From the NCBI GenBank assembly GCA_023439425.1, contig JAEXNZ010000299.1, positions 1-32,675 on the forward strand: 32,675 bases of DNA, in the 5' to 3' direction. Origin of the DNA: Pseudomonadota bacterium (lineage in GTDB: Bacteria; Pseudomonadota; Gammaproteobacteria; Xanthomonadales; Xanthomonadaceae). The notes beneath the pieces were generated by a model. It saw nothing but the letters and a program-made list of their open reading frames with translations. It was not told where the DNA came from and made no database searches. Below are positions 23,508 through 32,675 of this stretch, piece by piece; within the stretch, counting starts at the first letter, position 1, and every line of letters starts with the position of its first letter. Made by a program: the position numbers and the translations under genes.

Positions 23508-25068
23508 CGTCCTCGTCCAACTTCAGCTCACTGGGGGTCAAACCACTGCGCGCGCCCCAGTGGTAGATGAAGAACGCAATCACCGCCACGCTTGCGGTGT
23601 CCCACGGATGGGTGATGGCGGCGATGCCGCCGAAGGTTCCCAGGTACGACACGGCCATCACCAACACAAAGAACGCGATCAACCACGCGGAGCTGCGCAC
23701 CTGCCGCAGCACGCGTGCCCGGCGCTGCGGATTGGGCAGCTGCGAGACCACATACACCACGTAGATCCCCACCTGCAGGCCCAGCAGCCACGACACCGTT
23801 TTCCAGGTCGACCAGTACACGATCAATGCCGCAATCATGAACGACAGCGGTCCCAGTACAGACAGCGCCTTTACCCGGAACGGACGCTCAAGATCAGGCG
23901 CGCTGCGGCGCAGTGCGGCCACCGTCACCGGCGCGATGGCGTAGCTCAGCACCAGCGCCGCCGAGACCACGCCGATCAGCGTCTCCCACGACGGGAACGG
24001 CAGCGTCCAGAACACCGAAAGCCCGAAGCTCAGCCACAGTGCGGGACGCGGAATGCCCGACTTCGCATCCACCTTGGTCAGCGCCGGCAGGAAACCACTG
24101 CCCCGCGCCCAGCCATACACCACGCGCGGCGTGGCATTCATGTAGATGTTGCCGGTACCGCTGGGCGACACCACGGCATCGGCCACCACCATCGTGGCCA
24201 GCCAGCCCATGCCGAGTGCCACCGCGATGTCGCGGTACGGCAGCGCATACAGCTTGTCCATGCCGGCCCAGCCATTGGCCAGCACGTCGCCCGGCACCGC
24301 GCCCAGAAAAGAGACTTGAAGCAGCACGTAGATCACCGTGGACAGCGCCACCGACAGAATCAGCGCGAACGGGATGGTGCGCTGGGGGTTACGCACCTCG
24401 CTGGCGACAGACACGATCGGCGTCAGCCCAAGATAGGCAAAGATGATGCCGCCTGCGGAGATCGCCGCTTCCACACCGGCCATGCCCGAGGGCGCGAAGC
24501 CCTGGCTGGTGAGATTGTCCGGATTGAAGTGTGCGAGCAGCAGCACGATCACCAGCACCGGTACCAGGAACTTGAACACGCTGATGATGTTGTTGGCCCG
24601 GGCGAAGGTCTTCACGCTGAAGTAGTTCAGCAAGAAGAACGCAACGAGCAGCGCGAACTGCACCAGCCAGCCGAGCAGCGTGGGATGGGTGCTGTCCGGT
24701 TGAGTAAGTGACGGGAACCAGGCTGCGGCGTACTGCCGGCAGGCTTCCACTTCGATGGCGATCAGACTGGAAAAGGCAATGAGCGTGATGAAGCCGGTCA
24801 GCCAGCCGAGCAGCGTGCCGTGCGAGTACTCCGGGTAGCGCACCACGCCGCCGGCGCGCGGCAGCGCCGCGCCCAGCTCGCAGTACACCAGCCCCAGCAG
24901 GAACACCGCGATGCCGCCAATGATCCAGGACAGGATGCCGGCGGGTCCGGCAATCGAAGACACGTGGCTGGCGGCGAACAACCAGCCCGAGCCGAAGATC
25001 GAGCCGAGGCCGATGAAGGTGAGATCGGTCAGGCTCAGGCGCTTGTGGAACTTTCCTGCAGGTGCCAT
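23497..25068 (-). CDS. APC family amino acid permease (YveA-like; candidate hydroxyproline/proline transporter)
   Basis: Start probably ATG 25068 (523 aa). GSIFGSGWLF, YCELGAALPRAGG, FAYLG, SEVRNPQRTIP, LERPFRV; 12-14 TMs. Confidence 0.9.
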   Translation of the reverse strand: MAPAGKFHKRLSLTDLTFIGLGSIFGSGWLFAASHVSSIAGPAGILSWIIGGIAVFLLGLVYCELGAALPRAGGVVRYPEYSHGTLLGWLTGFITLIAFSSLIAIEVEACRQYAAAWFPSLTQPDSTHPTLLGWLVQFALLVAFFLLNYFSVKTFARANNIISVFKFLVPVLVIVLLLAHFNPDNLTSQGFAPSGMAGVEAAISAGGIIFAYLGLTPIVSVASEVRNPQRTIPFALILSVALSTVIYVLLQVSFLGAVPGDVLANGWAGMDKLYALPYRDIAVALGMGWLATMVVADAVVSPSGTGNIYMNATPRVVYGWARGSGFLPALTKVDAKSGIPRPALWLSFGLSVFWTLPFPSWETLIGVVSAALVLSYAIAPVTVAALRRSAPDLERPFRVKALSVLGPLSFMIAALIVYWSTWKTVSWLLGLQVGIYVVYVVSQLPNPQRRARVLRQVRSSAWLIAFFVLVMAVSYLGTFGGIAAITHPWDTASVAVIAFFIYHWGARSGLTPSELKLDEDDGE

Positions 25069-25119
25069 GGGGTTCCCCGGTTGGTGCATGGAATGCAAGC
25101 TGAAGTGGTACGAGTGGCC

Positions 25120-26895
25120 TCAGTGCTTCGAGTCGCTCCAGGGCGAAGCACCGCCTTCGGCGATGAATCGGTCGATGCGTGCCTCCAGCACCGGCAGCGG
25201 CACCGAGCCAAGCGACAGCACCGCATCGTGGAAGTTGCGGATGTCGAACTTCGCGCCCAGTGCGGCTTCCGCCTTGCGACGCAGCTTCAGAATTTCCAGC
25301 TCGCCCAGGTAGTACGAGAGCGCCTGGCCTGGCCACGCGATGTAGCGGTCCACCTCGGTGGTGATTTCGTGTTCGCTCAGCGCGGCGTTGTCGCGCAGGT
25401 ACGCCAGCGCCTGCTCGCGGGTCCAGCCCTGGCTGTGCACGCCGGTGTCGATCACCAGCCGCGCCGCCCGCCACATCTGATAGGTCAGGTAGCCGAAGCG
25501 CTCGTAAGGCGTGGTGTACATGCCCATCTCCAGCCCCAGATACTCGCAGTAGAGCGCCCAGCCCTCGCCGTAGGCGGAGATGTAGGTGTAACGACGGAAG
25601 TCTGGCAGCTGGGTGTCCTCGGCGGCCATCGACATCTGCAGCGAATGGCCCGGCGACGATTCATGCAGGGTCAGCGCCGGCAGCACGTACAGCGGCCGCG
25701 ACGGCAGGTTGTAAGTGTTCAGCCAGTAGGTGTCCAGACCACCACGTCCACCGGTGTAGAACGGCGCGAGATCATCCGGCACCGGTTTGATGGTGAAGCG
25801 CTGGCGTGGCACCCGGCCGAAGTAGCGACCGAGGTTGCCGTCCATGGTCTTGGAGATCCACGCGGCGCGGTCGAGCAGCTCCTGCGGGGTCTTCGCGTAG
25901 AACTGAGGATCGGTGCGCAGGAAGGTAAGGAAGTCGGCGAAGCTGCCCTTGTAGCCCACTTCGTCCATCACGTCCTGCATCTCGCGGCGCAGGCGGGCCA
26001 CCTCGTCCAGACCGATCTGGTGGATCTGCGCGGGCTCCATGTCGCGGGTGACGAACTCACGGATCTGCGCACGGTAATACGCCTTGCCATCCGGCAGTGA
26101 TTCGCCGGCCAACGTGGTGCGGGCCTGGGGCAGATATTCCTCGCGCATGAAGTGCAGCAGCTTTTCGTAGGCGGGAATCACACTGGCGTCGATGGCGGCC
26201 AGCGCCTGCTGGCGCAGCTCCACCTGTTGTGCGGCCGGGATGCTGGCCGGCATCTTCTTGAACGGGGTGTAGAACAGGTTCGTCTCGCCCTTGGCCTCGG
26301 CCACATCGGCGATGGACTGATCGCGGCCGGTCAACGTCACCCGCGGCTGGCTGAAGCCACGCGCCAAACCCGCCTGCATGTTACGGGTCTGGTCGTCGAA
26401 GTAGCGCGGAATGTCGGCCAATTGGGACAAGTAGCGCCGGTAGTCGTCAGCCGTGTGGAAGGTGCCGCGTGCGGTGAAACCAAGATTGGTCCAGAATGCC
26501 GTGTCGCTGTTGAACGGCATCTCCCAGGCGCGATAGTGCTGCTGGTCCAGCAGCACTTCGATCTGCTGCCGGTAGACCTGGTAGTTCACCTGGTCCGCGG
26601 CCGACAACTGCGCCTGCGGCACGGCTTTCAGCTCCTTCAGTACCTGCGTCCAGTACGCGGTGCGCTCGTCCTGCGTGGCCGGGTCCACCTTGGGCAGGTG
26701 GTCGGCGGGTCGGCTGCCACCGTTCTCGTCATCGCCGCCTGCATTCTGCTGTGAGCGCCAGGTCCATTCCCGCGTGTACAGCGCCTTGAAACGCGCACTG
26801 GCGTCGGTATCGGCAGCGGAAGCGACGGGGCTGAGCAGGCTGCTTGCGCTGATGCCGAGCATGAGGGCGAGAGAAAGCGGGGAACGCAGGTTCAT
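25120..26895 (-). CDS. DUF885 family protein (putative zinc metallopeptidase), Sec-exported
   Basis: Start re-called at ATG 26895 ([14 protein letters not shown]..., 591 aa; ATGA overlap with the upstream gene). [55 protein letters not shown]. Confidence 0.9.
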   Translation of the reverse strand: MNLRSPLSLALMLGISASSLLSPVASAADTDASARFKALYTREWTWRSQQNAGGDDENGGSRPADHLPKVDPATQDERTAYWTQVLKELKAVPQAQLSAADQVNYQVYRQQIEVLLDQQHYRAWEMPFNSDTAFWTNLGFTARGTFHTADDYRRYLSQLADIPRYFDDQTRNMQAGLARGFSQPRVTLTGRDQSIADVAEAKGETNLFYTPFKKMPASIPAAQQVELRQQALAAIDASVIPAYEKLLHFMREEYLPQARTTLAGESLPDGKAYYRAQIREFVTRDMEPAQIHQIGLDEVARLRREMQDVMDEVGYKGSFADFLTFLRTDPQFYAKTPQELLDRAAWISKTMDGNLGRYFGRVPRQRFTIKPVPDDLAPFYTGGRGGLDTYWLNTYNLPSRPLYVLPALTLHESSPGHSLQMSMAAEDTQLPDFRRYTYISAYGEGWALYCEYLGLEMGMYTTPYERFGYLTYQMWRAARLVIDTGVHSQGWTREQALAYLRDNAALSEHEITTEVDRYIAWPGQALSYYLGELEILKLRRKAEAALGAKFDIRNFHDAVLSLGSVPLPVLEARIDRFIAEGGASPWSDSKH

Positions 26896-28700
26896 GGAGT
26901 CTCCTTGGTCTGGGCTATCCAGGCCTCGATGCGGGCGTTGAGCAGGTCCAGCGGCATCGCACCACCGCCCAGCACAGCGTCGTGGAAAGCGCGGATGTCG
27001 AAGCGATCGCCCAGTTCCTGCTCCGCCTTGGCACGCAGGGCGAGGATGTCGAGCTGGCCGATCTTGTAGCCCAGCGCCTGACCGGGCCACACGATGTAGC
27101 GGTCGGTCTCGGCCTGGATGCTGGGTTCGTCGTCGGACGGATGGGCGTGGAAGAAGTCGACCATCTGCTGACGCGTCCAACGCTTGTAGTGCACGCCGGT
27201 GTCGAGCACCAGGCGGTTGGCGCGCAGCAGCTCGCCGGCCAGATGCCCGTAACGGCTGTACGGGTCCTTGAAGAAGCCCACTTCGCCGGCCAGTCGCTCG
27301 GCATACAGCGCCCAGCCTTCGATGAAGGCGTTGTAGCCGGCCTGCTGGCGGAACGGCGGCAGCGGCAGCGTCTGCGAGAGCGAGATCTGCAGGTGATGCC
27401 CTGGCACGCCTTCGTGGTACGCGGTGGTTTCGATGTTCACCAGGGTGCGTTCGGTGGCATCGTTCGCGTTGACCATCACGATCGCCGGCTTGGTGCCCTC
27501 CGGATTGCTCTGCCAGTACTCCGCGCCGGGTGCCTCACGACGGAAGGCCGGCATGCCCTGCACCACCAGCGGCGTCTTCGGCAGATGGCCGAACAGCTTG
27601 GGCAGCTCCGGTTCCATGTCGGCGATGTAGCCACGGTACAGGCCCAGAATCTGCTCGCTTGAAGTGGCAAAGTGACGCCTGTCGGTGGCCACCGACTTGC
27701 GGAAGCTGGCCAGGTCGGCGAAGCCCTGCTCCTTCGCGATCCGCGTCATCTCGCCTTCGATCCGGGCAACTTCGGCCAGGCCGATCTGGTGGATCTCTTC
27801 CGGCGATTTGTCGGTGGTGGTCTGGGTCCGCACGGCGAACTGGTAGCGCTTGTCGCCCTCCGGAAGCGACCAGACGCCTTCCTGCGCGCGCCCCTGCGCG
27901 GCGTATTCGTCCTTAACGAAGGCGGCCAGTTTCGTGTAGGCCGGTCGCACCTGCTCGTCGATGGCGGCGATCAACTGTTTGCGGATCTCCGCCCGCTGCG
28001 CTGGATCCGCCACCGCGGTGTCCAGCTTTTTCAGCGGTGATGCAAACGCGCTGTCCGCGCCTGACGGTTCGGCAATCCGCGCGATCTGCGCCGGCAGCTT
28101 CTCCAGCAGGTAGCGCGGCTGCACCAGGCCATCCTTCGCCCCCTGTCGCGAAACCTCGACGATCTGATCAAGCAGCGCCGGAATGGCGTTCAGTCGCGCA
28201 ATGTAGTCCTGGTAGTCCTTGGCATTCTCGAACGGAAACGCATCGCCCATACCGGCCAGCGACAGCTGGATGCCGCCGACCGGTTCCAGCGGCATCTCAT
28301 GGGTTTTCAGATCGATTGACGTCAGCCTGTCACGCAACTGGCGCAGCATCATCTGCAGACTCAGCTGGCGCTGCTCGTCCAGGGCCTTGGCGTCCACCGC
28401 CTCGAAGCGCGTGAGCAGATCGGCGGTGGCCGCGCGGTCCGCCGCGACCGCCGCCAGGCTGTAGTCGGTCCAGCGGTCGTTGTAGCGCTTGTCGCCGATG
28501 ATGCTGGCGAACTCCGGGCTGTGTGCCAGCTGATACTGCCACTGCTCGTCCAGCAGCGCGTCGAAGCCCTGCGTGGCAGGAGCCTGGGTTGCCGCGCCTG
28601 CCGACGTATCGGCAGCCCCCGGCGCGGGCGTGGACGGCGAACAGGCCGTGAACAGCGCTGCGGCAAGCAGGCCGATGACAAGGGGACGCAACGGGGCCAT
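26892..28700 (-). CDS. DUF885 family lipoprotein (putative zinc metallopeptidase)
   Basis: 602 aa. Lipobox-like LFTA/C plus Ala/Pro linker; [40 protein letters not shown]. Confidence 0.9.
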   Translation of the reverse strand: MAPLRPLVIGLLAAALFTACSPSTPAPGAADTSAGAATQAPATQGFDALLDEQWQYQLAHSPEFASIIGDKRYNDRWTDYSLAAVAADRAATADLLTRFEAVDAKALDEQRQLSLQMMLRQLRDRLTSIDLKTHEMPLEPVGGIQLSLAGMGDAFPFENAKDYQDYIARLNAIPALLDQIVEVSRQGAKDGLVQPRYLLEKLPAQIARIAEPSGADSAFASPLKKLDTAVADPAQRAEIRKQLIAAIDEQVRPAYTKLAAFVKDEYAAQGRAQEGVWSLPEGDKRYQFAVRTQTTTDKSPEEIHQIGLAEVARIEGEMTRIAKEQGFADLASFRKSVATDRRHFATSSEQILGLYRGYIADMEPELPKLFGHLPKTPLVVQGMPAFRREAPGAEYWQSNPEGTKPAIVMVNANDATERTLVNIETTAYHEGVPGHHLQISLSQTLPLPPFRQQAGYNAFIEGWALYAERLAGEVGFFKDPYSRYGHLAGELLRANRLVLDTGVHYKRWTRQQMVDFFHAHPSDDEPSIQAETDRYIVWPGQALGYKIGQLDILALRAKAEQELGDRFDIRAFHDAVLGGGAMPLDLLNARIEAWIAQTKETP

Positions 28701-28729
28701 GCGCTTACTCCGGTAGGGGCGTGATGTCC

Positions 28730-29932
28730 TCAGGCGAACGGGCGGTCAATTGCCGGCGACGGCCGCGTGAACCACTGCGCGCCGCTGGCGGTTACGTAGA
28801 AGTGGTCTTCCAGGCGCACGCCGAACGCCCCCGGGACCACGATCATCGGTTCATTGCTGCAGCACATGCCCGGCTGCAGGACGGTGTCGTTGCCGCGTAC
28901 CAAGTACGGAGCTTCGTGGATGGCCAGACCGCAACCGTGACCAGTGCGGTGCGGCAATCCGGGCAGGCGGTAATCGGGGCCCAGCCCAGCGGCTTCCAGC
29001 ACTGCGCGTGCCGCTGCGTCGACCGAGGCACAGGCGACGCCGGGGCGCACTGCTTTGAACGCCGCCGCCTGTGCAGCATGTTCCAGATCCCAGATGCGCC
29101 GTTGCTCATCGCTGGGCTCACCGAAGATCCAGGTCCGGGTGATATCGGAGTGGTAGCCCTGCACCGTGCATCCGGTATCGATCAGCACCAGCTGGCCGGG
29201 GGCCAGATGCTGCACGCCGGGAATGCCATGCGGGAACGCGGTGGCATGACCGAACTGCACGATGCAGAACGTGGACCCATTGTCGGCCCCGAGGGCGCGA
29301 TGGGCCTGGTCGATGAAGCGCACCAGTTCATCGGTACCGATGCCTTCCCGTGCGATGCCTGCGGCGAGGCGATGCACATGCAGGGTCATGTCGCAGGCCT
29401 GCTGCATCAACGCCAGTTCCGCCGGCGACTTACACATGCGGCAGCCGTCGATGATCGCGGTCGCGTCACGGATGTCGGCCGCTGCAAGGTGCGCGGTCAG
29501 ACCGGTGTGCACGCCGAAGGCAATGCCCGGGTCCACCGCCAGCGTGCGCGCACCGCGTTCGGCCATCAAGCCGGCCACCAACGCGTGCGGGTCTTCGTGC
29601 TCCTCCCACAGGCGCTTGTCCGCCGGGATCTTCAGCACCGCGTCCAGCGAGCCTTCCTCGAACACCGGGCAGACCAGCAGCGGCTCGCCTTCCCGTGTGA
29701 GCAGCAGGGCCACCAACCGCTCGGTCGCGCCCCAGGGCACGCCGGCGAAGTAGCGCAGCGACGTCCCGGCACCCACCAGCAGTGCGTCCACGCCCTGCGA
29801 CTGCATCAGTGCACGGGCGTGGGCGATGCGCGCTTGGTACTCCTCGGCTGCGATGGCCGGGGCACGGTCTTCCCATGGCTTGAGCTGGGCCTGGGCTTCG
29901 GCAAGCGTGAGTCCGCCGATCTGGCCGCTCAC
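28730..29932 (-). CDS. M24B Xaa-Pro peptidase (prolidase / aminopeptidase P family), cytoplasmic
   Basis: 400 aa, GTG start. Creatinase-like N-domain, KSPAEL, metal-ligand motifs DTG..YHSDITRT, HRTGHGCGLAIHE, SNEP, RLED. Confidence 0.92.
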   Translation of the reverse strand: MSGQIGGLTLAEAQAQLKPWEDRAPAIAAEEYQARIAHARALMQSQGVDALLVGAGTSLRYFAGVPWGATERLVALLLTREGEPLLVCPVFEEGSLDAVLKIPADKRLWEEHEDPHALVAGLMAERGARTLAVDPGIAFGVHTGLTAHLAAADIRDATAIIDGCRMCKSPAELALMQQACDMTLHVHRLAAGIAREGIGTDELVRFIDQAHRALGADNGSTFCIVQFGHATAFPHGIPGVQHLAPGQLVLIDTGCTVQGYHSDITRTWIFGEPSDEQRRIWDLEHAAQAAAFKAVRPGVACASVDAAARAVLEAAGLGPDYRLPGLPHRTGHGCGLAIHEAPYLVRGNDTVLQPGMCCSNEPMIVVPGAFGVRLEDHFYVTASGAQWFTRPSPAIDRPFA

Positions 29933-31521
29933 GAACCGGCTCCCACGTCGGAAACGCCAGTTACGCCATCGATCGTGCGCTGCACATTGCCCGGATTCCG
30001 GTCGCGCAGTTCCACCGGCAACAACGCATCCGGCACCGCGTCATAACTGTGCAGCGCCGCGAAACGATGGATCGCCGCCGGCATGCCCACCGAAGTGAAA
30101 CCGGGATGGCCGGTGCTCGGGAACGGACCGCCATGGTTCTGCGCCGCACTCACCGCCACGCCGGTCGGCATGCGTGAACTGATCAAGCGTCCCACACGCG
30201 CGCGCAGCACCGGGGCGATGCGCTGCCAGGCAGCATCGTCGCCACCGTCAGCGGCGCGGTACAGCGTACCGGTGAGGTTGCCTTCGAACGCGGTCGCTAC
30301 CTGGACCATGGCCTCCACATCCTTCACCCGCACCAGCAGGCTGACCGGACCGAAGGCTTCGGTCTGCAGCGCCTGCGGTTGCGCGATGAAGGCGTCGGCA
30401 TCAACGCTCAACAGGGTCGGCGCGTGGCGGAAGCCGCCCTCGCCCACCACGCCGCCGGCCAGCAGTTCGGCACCGGCTGCGCGCAGGGTCGCAATGCCCT
30501 GCGTGAGTTGCTCCAGTCCGCTCTGCGAGAACAGCACCATCGGGGCCGCGGCTGCGAAGTGGGCCGTAGCCGCGGCGACAAACGCATCGCCTTCGGCACC
30601 GTGCGGCACGACGACCACGCCGGGATTGGTGCAGAACTGCCCACTGCCGAGCGTGCACGAGGCAAAGAATTCCTGGGCCAGCGCTTCACCGCGTTCGGCC
30701 AGAACGCCCGGCAGCATGAAGACCGGATTGACGCTGGAGAGCTCGGCATAGAACGGAATGCCTGCGGCGTCGGCCGCCGCCTTCAAGGCGAGACCGCCAC
30801 CGCGACTGCCGGTGAAGCCAATCGCACCCAGACGTGCATCACCGGCCAGCTTCAGGCCCAGCGGGTTGTCGAATTGATACAGCAGCTGCACCGCCGCCGC
30901 CGGCAGGCCGGCTGCCAGCAGCGCGGTGTGCGCCAACTGTGCCATGCGCTGGCTGGTGGCCGGATGCAACGGGTGCGCCTTGGCGATGACCGGATTGCGC
31001 GCGGCAATGGCGGAGGCAAAATCACTGCCTGCGATGGCATTGAAGGCAAACGGGAAATTGTTGGGACCGAATACCAGCACCGGCTTGGACAGCGGTGCCC
31101 GATGCGAGCGCAGCCCGGCCGCCGTATCGATCACCGGCTGGGTCCAGCTGTAGCTGCGCACCGCCGCGGCGGCCTGACGAAGCTGGCCGCTGGTGCGCGG
31201 CAGTTCATTGCCGCGCAGCCGGGTGGGAGCCGACAGTGCGGTCTCGGCGTTGGCCAGCGCCACCAGCGTGTCGGCGTCGGCATCCAGTGCATCGGCATAC
31301 GCATCCAGGAAGGCTGCGATGCGCTCGGCCGGTGCTGCCGCCAGCTCCGCGGCCACGGCACTGGCTGCCGCGACCGCCGCTTCAATGTCGGCCGCGCCGC
31401 TGACGGGGAACGCCGGTCCGATGGCGTCGCCCGTGGTGGGATCCGCCGCGCGGAAGCTTCCCTCGGATGACAGACTGGTTTGCCAGCGTCCCGCCAGCAG
31501 GAGCGGTTCGACGTTGCTCAT
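29929..31521 (-). CDS. Alpha-ketoglutaric semialdehyde (2,5-dioxopentanoate) dehydrogenase
   Basis: Start ATG 31521 (530 aa). ALDH motifs FGPNNFPFAF, GSDFASA, KAHPLHP, GFTGS, ELSSVNP, GQFCTNPG, EAFGP, PTGVAV..HGGPFPST, typical of the KGSADH subgroup. Confidence 0.88.
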   Translation of the reverse strand: MSNVEPLLLAGRWQTSLSSEGSFRAADPTTGDAIGPAFPVSGAADIEAAVAAASAVAAELAAAPAERIAAFLDAYADALDADADTLVALANAETALSAPTRLRGNELPRTSGQLRQAAAAVRSYSWTQPVIDTAAGLRSHRAPLSKPVLVFGPNNFPFAFNAIAGSDFASAIAARNPVIAKAHPLHPATSQRMAQLAHTALLAAGLPAAAVQLLYQFDNPLGLKLAGDARLGAIGFTGSRGGGLALKAAADAAGIPFYAELSSVNPVFMLPGVLAERGEALAQEFFASCTLGSGQFCTNPGVVVVPHGAEGDAFVAAATAHFAAAAPMVLFSQSGLEQLTQGIATLRAAGAELLAGGVVGEGGFRHAPTLLSVDADAFIAQPQALQTEAFGPVSLLVRVKDVEAMVQVATAFEGNLTGTLYRAADGGDDAAWQRIAPVLRARVGRLISSRMPTGVAVSAAQNHGGPFPSTGHPGFTSVGMPAAIHRFAALHSYDAVPDALLPVELRDRNPGNVQRTIDGVTGVSDVGAGS

Positions 31522-31522
31522 A

Positions 31523-32425
31523 TCAGGCCTTCTTGGTTGCAATGGCGTGGTCGATGATCTTCAGTGCTTCGGCGCGTTCGGCACCTTCCACCACCAGGCG
31601 CGGTGCGCGCACGGTCTCGCTGCCCAGGCCGACCTTCGCCTGCACCAGCTTGATCAGCTGCACGAACTTGGGCACGGTGTCCAGGCGCAGCAGCGGCAGG
31701 AACCAGTTGTAGAGCTCGGCCGAGGCGGCATAGCCGCCATCGCGGGCCAGTTCGAACAGCTTCACCGACTCCACCGGGTACGCATTGACCAGGCCGGCGA
31801 TCCAGCCTTCGGCTCCCATCGCCAGACCTTCGACGATGGCATCGTCCATGCCGACCAGCAGCACCAGGCGGTCGCCCAGCAGCTCCTTGATCGCGGCAAA
31901 GCGACGGATCTCACCGGAGGATTCCTTGACTGCCTGCAGGTTGGGGAACTCACCGGCCAGCTGTGCGATCTGTGCCGGCAGGATATCGGTGCGGTACGCG
32001 ACCGGGTTGTTGTAGAGGATGCACGGCAGGTCGGTGGCACCCAGCACGGCACGTGCATGTGCGGCGGCTTCGTGCCAATCGGACGTATACACGTACACCG
32101 GCAGCACCATCAGGCCCTTGGCACCGGCCGCCTTGACCGCCTGCGCCAGCTTGACCGCTTCGCCAGTGGACAGTGCGGCAATGCCCGGCACCACCGGTAC
32201 GCGTGCGCCGACGGCCTTGACCAGCGTGGTGACGATGGCGACCTTCTCGTCGAAGCTCAGCGTGGCCGCTTCACCCAGCGAACCCAGCGGCACGATGGCG
32301 GTGGAACCGGCATCCACCAGCTTCACCGCGTGCTCGGCAAGGAAGGCGTGGTCGACGCTGCCGTCGGCATTGAACGGGGTGGTGATGGCGGGCAGCACGC
32401 CCTTCCAGAAAGAAGCATTGCTCAT
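31523..32425 (-). CDS. DapA/NAL family enzyme, probably delta1-pyrroline-4-hydroxy-2-carboxylate deaminase
   Basis: 300 aa. GVLPAITTPF, GSLGE, LYNNP, Schiff-base Lys in VKESSG, FLPLLRLDTVPKFVQLIK; lies between a D-Hyp dehydrogenase-like subunit and KGSADH. Confidence 0.82.
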   Translation of the reverse strand: MSNASFWKGVLPAITTPFNADGSVDHAFLAEHAVKLVDAGSTAIVPLGSLGEAATLSFDEKVAIVTTLVKAVGARVPVVPGIAALSTGEAVKLAQAVKAAGAKGLMVLPVYVYTSDWHEAAAHARAVLGATDLPCILYNNPVAYRTDILPAQIAQLAGEFPNLQAVKESSGEIRRFAAIKELLGDRLVLLVGMDDAIVEGLAMGAEGWIAGLVNAYPVESVKLFELARDGGYAASAELYNWFLPLLRLDTVPKFVQLIKLVQAKVGLGSETVRAPRLVVEGAERAEALKIIDHAIATKKA

Positions 32426-32675
32426 GGATGGATCCCTTGCGAGTCGTCGGTGAAAGAGTCGGCCAGCGCCGCGAGGCGGACCGGGAACAACGGCGGCCGG
32501 CGGCCGCCATCGGTGGAGGATTCAGCGTTGCCGAGACCCAGTTCGGCCAGCGCGGTACCGCAGATACGGCCCTGACAGGCCCCCATGCCGCAGCGCGAGG
32601 TCAGCTTGGCGTCGCGGCTGTCGGTGAAGTCGCGCAGCGCGCCCAAAGGCACGTCTTCGCAGCGACACACCAGGG
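32422..32675 (-). CDS. C-terminus of an FAD/[2Fe-2S] oxidoreductase subunit (D-hydroxyproline dehydrogenase alpha / HcnB / opine oxidase A type), runs off the right edge
   Basis: The frame is open to the window edge: LVCRCEDV...RCGMGACQGRICG...RPPLFPV, the BFD-like Cys pattern of this family; ATGA overlap with the next gene. Confidence 0.8.
   Translation of the reverse strand, partial: LVCRCEDVPLGALRDFTDSRDAKLTSRCGMGACQGRICGTALAELGLGNAESSTDGGRRPPLFPVRLAALADSFTDDSQGIHP

Noticed and set aside
25120..27180. Track starts giving 686-aa DUF885, 207-aa VirB2, 791-aa GH146 and 537-aa ALDH
   Set aside because: The extensions overlap upstream genes; internal ATGs have an RBS, coupling overlap or signal peptide directly after them.
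31523..32425. dapA (lysine biosynthesis) call
   Set aside because: Has GSLGE rather than the GTTGE typical of true DHDPS, and sits in a catabolic operon with KGSADH.
32422..32675. Hydrogen cyanide synthase HcnB or a stand-alone 82-aa ferredoxin
   Set aside because: The frame is open to the window edge, so this is a truncated larger gene; downstream genes point to Hyp catabolism, although the fragment alone cannot discriminate.
11623..32675. Collagen-utilisation locus as primary interpretation
   Set aside because: Hyp genes and peptidases would fit, but beta-L-arabinofuranosides are not collagen glycans and no collagenase is visible; secondary use of collagen peptides is not excluded.

Overview
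High-GC window, most consistent with a Xanthomonadaceae (Stenotrophomonas/Xanthomonas-like) chromosome; this taxonomy is inferred. There are two minus-strand modules. (1) 1-9236: a Xanthomonadales-type type IV secretion system (X-T4SS, the bacteria-killing type) in the order virD4-virB7-B8-B9-B10-B11-B1-B2-B3-B4, truncated at the left edge. A structured non-coding spacer lies before virB7 and a small Arg-tailed ORF lies before virD4. (2) 11623-32675: a ~21 kb co-oriented, largely translationally coupled catabolic cluster. It holds hydroxyproline-catabolism genes (D-Hyp dehydrogenase subunit fragment, DapA-like deaminase, alpha-ketoglutaric semialdehyde dehydrogenase), four peptidases (M24B, two DUF885, S9), an APC permease, a GH35-like enzyme, an unclassified Tat-exported glycosidase-like protein, a GH146/GH127 beta-L-arabinofuranosidase and a TonB-dependent receptor. 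The best new-biology candidate is that module 2 is a dedicated utilisation locus for hydroxyproline-rich glycoproteins/glycopeptides (extensin-type), including a possibly new glycoside hydrolase family. A membrane protein gene and a divergent MFS gene lie between the modules. No rRNA, tRNA, CRISPR array or mobile element was seen. All family calls come from motifs read by eye plus gene context; no searches were run.
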